A DNA stretch of 64,000 nt. Origin: Endomicrobiales bacterium. GTDB lineage: Bacteria > Elusimicrobiota > Endomicrobiia > Endomicrobiales > JALOBY01. The stretch is from NCBI GenBank assembly GCA_963796955.1, contig CAWCNJ010000004.1:352001-416000 (forward strand), given 5' to 3'. Below, piece by piece: positions 60,810-64,000 of the stretch; position 1 is the first letter of the stretch, and each line of letters opens with the position of its first letter. A model generated the notes under the pieces. That model was not told the DNA's origin. It searched no databases and saw only the letters and a program-made list of their open reading frames with translations. The translations under genes were made by a program, and so were the position numbers.

Positions 60810-61764
60810 TTATTGTTAAACCAAGATCGGTTATCATTTGAATATCGGTTTTGGGTGAGCGTCCGGGTGTGGTAAGATAGCCGCCGGTCATGGTGCCGTT
60901 CGCGCCGGCGTAAAAGATCCAGGAAAGGCAATCCCGCAGGTTCGTTTCCCTGCCGCCGCAAACGGCGATGTCCTTGTCCGGCATGATGAAACGGAAAATG
61001 GCGACAGTGCGCAGGATATCGGCGACAGGTAAGGGGCTGGTGTTCGCCAGAGGAGTGCCTTCGATGGGGTTGAGTATGTTAATGGGAATAGAATCAACAT
61101 CAAGCTCCCTGAGCGTTAAAGCGAATTCCACCCGCTGCTGTGCGTTTTCTCCCATACCGATTATGCCGCCGCTGCAGATTTCCAGGCCTGCTTCTTTCGC
61201 CAGGCGGATCGTGCGCAGTTTATCGTCGATCGTGTGGGAGGTGCAAATGGAGGGGAAATAGCTGGGCGCTGTTTCCAGGTTGTGGTGAAAACGGTACATG
61301 CCGTGTGATTTGAGTTTTTCAAGGGATCCTTTATCCATAACGCCGAGCGAGCCCGAGATACCTATCTTAAGATGCTGTATCTTGTCGAGAGCCTTGCAGA
61401 CGACCTCCGTTTCATCATCGGTCAACGAGCGGCCGCTGGTAACGATGCCAAAACATTTCGCGCCGGCATTGGCCGCCTGCGTGCAGGCTTTGACCAGTTG
61501 TTCTTCGTCGACAAGCGGGTAGGTGGCGACAGAGGTCTTATTATGGGAGGATTGGGCGCAATAACGGCAGTTTTCAGAACAACTGCCGGATTTGGCATTG
61601 ATGATGCTGCACAGGTTGATGGCATTGCCTTTGAAGTGTTTACGCAGGCGATTGGCCTGATATAACAGCTCGTCATAGTCGGCGCTGAGGAGCGCTGTTG
61701 CTTCGGTCTCACTGATGCGGTGGCCGTTAATGATCCTGTCTGCTAAAGCTGTTGATCCTGTCAT
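60802..61764 (-). CDS. bioB: Biotin synthase
   Basis: CSENCRYCAQS radical-SAM motif, HHNLET, CSGGIIGMGE, GGYLTT. Confidence 0.96.
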   Translation of the reverse strand: MTGSTALADRIINGHRISETEATALLSADYDELLYQANRLRKHFKGNAINLCSIINAKSGSCSENCRYCAQSSHNKTSVATYPLVDEEQLVKACTQAANAGAKCFGIVTSGRSLTDDETEVVCKALDKIQHLKIGISGSLGVMDKGSLEKLKSHGMYRFHHNLETAPSYFPSICTSHTIDDKLRTIRLAKEAGLEICSGGIIGMGENAQQRVEFALTLRELDVDSIPINILNPIEGTPLANTSPLPVADILRTVAIFRFIMPDKDIAVCGGRETNLRDCLSWIFYAGANGTMTGGYLTTPGRSPKTDIQMITDLGLTINE

Positions 61765-61767
61765 GTG

Positions 61768-61799
61768 TTGTTAACCTCTAAAAATGTTGTGGTTGACAA
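61768..61799 (-). promoter_or_regulatory. BirA operator upstream of bioB
   Basis: Palindrome TTGTCAACC-N14-GGTTAACAA on the coding strand, overlapping the bioB RBS. Matches the TGTnAAC-N16-GTTnACA BirA box. Confidence 0.82.
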
Positions 61800-61836
61800 T
61801 GACTGCATAAAAATGCGGGAGAACGCCCGGCAAATG

Positions 61837-63132
61837 CTAGGCGATGACCCGCAATTTCATAGATGGTTCTTTGGTGAAATTTTGTTTGTCGATCTCTTTT
61901 ATCGCTTTCGAGATATTGCCTTCCATCGCGATATGCGAGAGCATAACCACCGAGACTTTTTTGCGGGCCGGGTTGAGCCCTTCCCGTTGATAGACGCTCG
62001 CGATAGAGACTTTGTGTTTGCCGAGTATGCCGGCGATCTTGGCGAGCACGCCCGGCTGGTCCGCGACGGTAAAGCGCAGGTAATAGCAGGATTCTATTTT
62101 TTCGGCCGGAAGGAATTTTACTTTATTGGCCGGGTTGTACGTCACATCGGGCAGTATGCCGGCGGTGCCGTGCGCGACGTGGCGGGCCAGGTACATAATA
62201 TCGCTGACGACGGCGGAGGCGGCGGCAAGCTGCCCCGCGCCTTTGCCGTAGAGCATGACATCGCCGACGGAATCGCCGGTTATGGAAACGGCGTTATATT
62301 CTTTTTCAACGTTGGCGAAGGTATGTTTCTCGCTGATCAGGCAGGGTTCAACGGAAAGGGCGAGCCGGCCGTCCATCATCTCGGCGGAGCCTATCAGCTT
62401 TATAACGTGGCCGAATTCTTCGCGCGCCGCTTTTACGTCTTCGTCGGAAATTCTGGTGATGCCGGTGGTCTTAATATCCTCTATCTTGATCCAGGTGGAC
62501 CAGGCGAGCGATGAAAGAACTGCCAGCTTATGGGCGGTGTCTATGCCGTCCACGTCGAATGCCGGGTCTGCTTCCGCAAATCCCGATTTCTGGGCACGGG
62601 CAAGGGCTTTTGCATAGTCCAGTTTGTTATGCGTCATTTCTGAGAGAATGAAATTGGTTGTGCCGTTAAGGATGCCGGTAATTTTCTCAATGCGGTTAGC
62701 GGCGAGGCCTTCGTTCAGGGCCTGTATCACGGGTATGCCGCCGCCGACGGAAGCTTCAAAATAGACCAGTTTCTGGTGTTTTGTGGCCTCGGTGAAAACC
62801 TCTCCCCAATATTTCGCGAGCACGGCTTTGTTGGCGGTAACCACGTGTTTGCCGGCTTTCAGCGATTCCATTATGATGGTGCGGGCCGGCTCATAGCCGC
62901 CGATAAGTTCGACGATGATCTCTATTTCGGGGTTTTCAAGCAGGTCCTGATAACGTTTCGTGAATATATCTTTACGGCCTGCAGGCGCGGGGCGCAGGTC
63001 GCAAATACCGGCGATCTCTATGGGAACGCCGATCCTTTCAGATATGCATTTTTCGTTGTCCTCAATGATCTTGTCGACACCCTGGCCGACAGTGCCGTAG
63101 CCTATCAAGCCCACTTTTATTGAATTGGTCAT
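61837..63132 (-). CDS. hom: Homoserine dehydrogenase
   Basis: GYGTVG, VVTANKA, EASVGGGIP, GILNGTTN, AEADP..DVDG, C-terminal ACT domain. Confidence 0.96.
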   Translation of the reverse strand: MTNSIKVGLIGYGTVGQGVDKIIEDNEKCISERIGVPIEIAGICDLRPAPAGRKDIFTKRYQDLLENPEIEIIVELIGGYEPARTIIMESLKAGKHVVTANKAVLAKYWGEVFTEATKHQKLVYFEASVGGGIPVIQALNEGLAANRIEKITGILNGTTNFILSEMTHNKLDYAKALARAQKSGFAEADPAFDVDGIDTAHKLAVLSSLAWSTWIKIEDIKTTGITRISDEDVKAAREEFGHVIKLIGSAEMMDGRLALSVEPCLISEKHTFANVEKEYNAVSITGDSVGDVMLYGKGAGQLAAASAVVSDIMYLARHVAHGTAGILPDVTYNPANKVKFLPAEKIESCYYLRFTVADQPGVLAKIAGILGKHKVSIASVYQREGLNPARKKVSVVMLSHIAMEGNISKAIKEIDKQNFTKEPSMKLRVIA

Positions 63133-63154
63133 CTATAGATCCTTATCCTTTTTT

Positions 63155-64000
63155 CTATTTTCCGTGAGTTTTTATGAATTGTTTCAGGCGCAGCAGTACG
63201 TCGTGGAAGCGCTTGTCGTGCGTAACCAGCGCCATGCGGATATAGCCTTCGCCGCATTCGCCGAAGCCGGTACCGGGGGAAACCACCACACCGGTCTCTT
63301 TCAGCAGCAGCTCGGAGAACGTCATACTGTCCATGTGGCACAATTGTTTCGGCAATTTAAGCCACAGGTACATGGTGCCTTTGGTCATCGTGCAGGGCCA
63401 GCCCATTTTGTTAAGGCCGTCCACCATCATTTTAGCACGGTGCTCGTAGATCTTTGATTGTTCCTTCACGCAATCCTGCGATCCTTCCAGGGCGGCGACC
63501 GCGGCCAGCTGAATGAACGTTGGGGCGCCGTAATCAAGGAAAGACTTGAATTTTTCTATCGGGTACAGAAGTTTTTGATCTCCGCACGCCCAGCCGATGC
63601 GCCAGCCGGCCATGTTGAACGTTTTAGACGTCGAGTGGAATTCCAGAGCGATATCGCGGGCGCCGGGTATCTCGAAGATAGAGGGGGCAACGTAATCGCC
63701 GAACGTGATCTCAGAATAGGCGTTATCATACACCAGCAATATCTCATGCTTTTTGGCGAAGGCGACGGCTTCGTAGAGGAACCCGATATCTTCGACCACG
63801 GCTGTCGTCGGGTTGCTGGGGTAGCTGAGGAACATGAGCTTGGCTTTTTTTGCCGCGCTTTCCGGTATCTTTGAAAAATCGGGCAGGAATTTGTTCTCTT
63901 CTGTAAGAGGCACGGAGTGCACGACGCCGCCGGCAAGCACCACACCGTTAAAATGCACGGGGTACGTGGGGTTGCAGACCAGCGCGGTATCGCCCGGGTT
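63155..64000 (-). CDS. Class I/II PLP-dependent aminotransferase (AlaC/LL-DAP aminotransferase-like), 5' part outside window
   Basis: Frame is open to the window edge (NPGDTALVCNPTYPVH). YPSNPT, DNAY, STSKTFNMAGWRIG, PGTGFG..GEGYIR. Confidence 0.88.
   Translation of the reverse strand, partial: NPGDTALVCNPTYPVHFNGVVLAGGVVHSVPLTEENKFLPDFSKIPESAAKKAKLMFLSYPSNPTTAVVEDIGFLYEAVAFAKKHEILLVYDNAYSEITFGDYVAPSIFEIPGARDIALEFHSTSKTFNMAGWRIGWACGDQKLLYPIEKFKSFLDYGAPTFIQLAAVAALEGSQDCVKEQSKIYEHRAKMMVDGLNKMGWPCTMTKGTMYLWLKLPKQLCHMDSMTFSELLLKETGVVVSPGTGFGECGEGYIRMALVTHDKRFHDVLLRLKQFIKTHGK

Overview
A 64-kb stretch of core bacterial chromosome, about 90% coding, from a diderm bacterium (MCE/Mla system, Omp85 protein, heptose genes). 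Elusimicrobiota/PVC-like affinity is my impression only. Gene order on the + strand: RND pump, MATE, recQ, class A PBP, an Hpt-REC plus hybrid-kinase pair, rpsF-ssb-rpsR-rplI-dnaB-alr, mlaEFD, radA, shikimate genes, pepP-efp-accBC, gmhA/rfaE2, thiC, thrH-lysC-cimA-ilvDBNC, hisC-aroF-tyrA-aroA, plsC-ispH-rpsA, a peptidase/PD40/Omp85 protein and two GT-C/TPR glycosyltransferases. On the - strand: aminotransferase-hom, then a biotin operon. I saw no rRNA, tRNA, CRISPR array, transposase or phage genes. The most notable signals are: (1) a ~120-nt intergenic hairpin element in three copies, two forming an inverted doublet, with several compensatory base changes, a conserved bulged G and a cGCAg triloop; (2) a hairpin-plus-RBS leader at fixed spacing before accB, ilvD and bioD; (3) a biotin operon with a predicted BirA site that lacks bioC/H/W/I/Z but carries its own FabG- and FabF-like genes. 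Four genes (radA, ilvB, the Omp85 gene, bioF) are each broken by one missing base in a short homopolymer, most likely sequencing errors.
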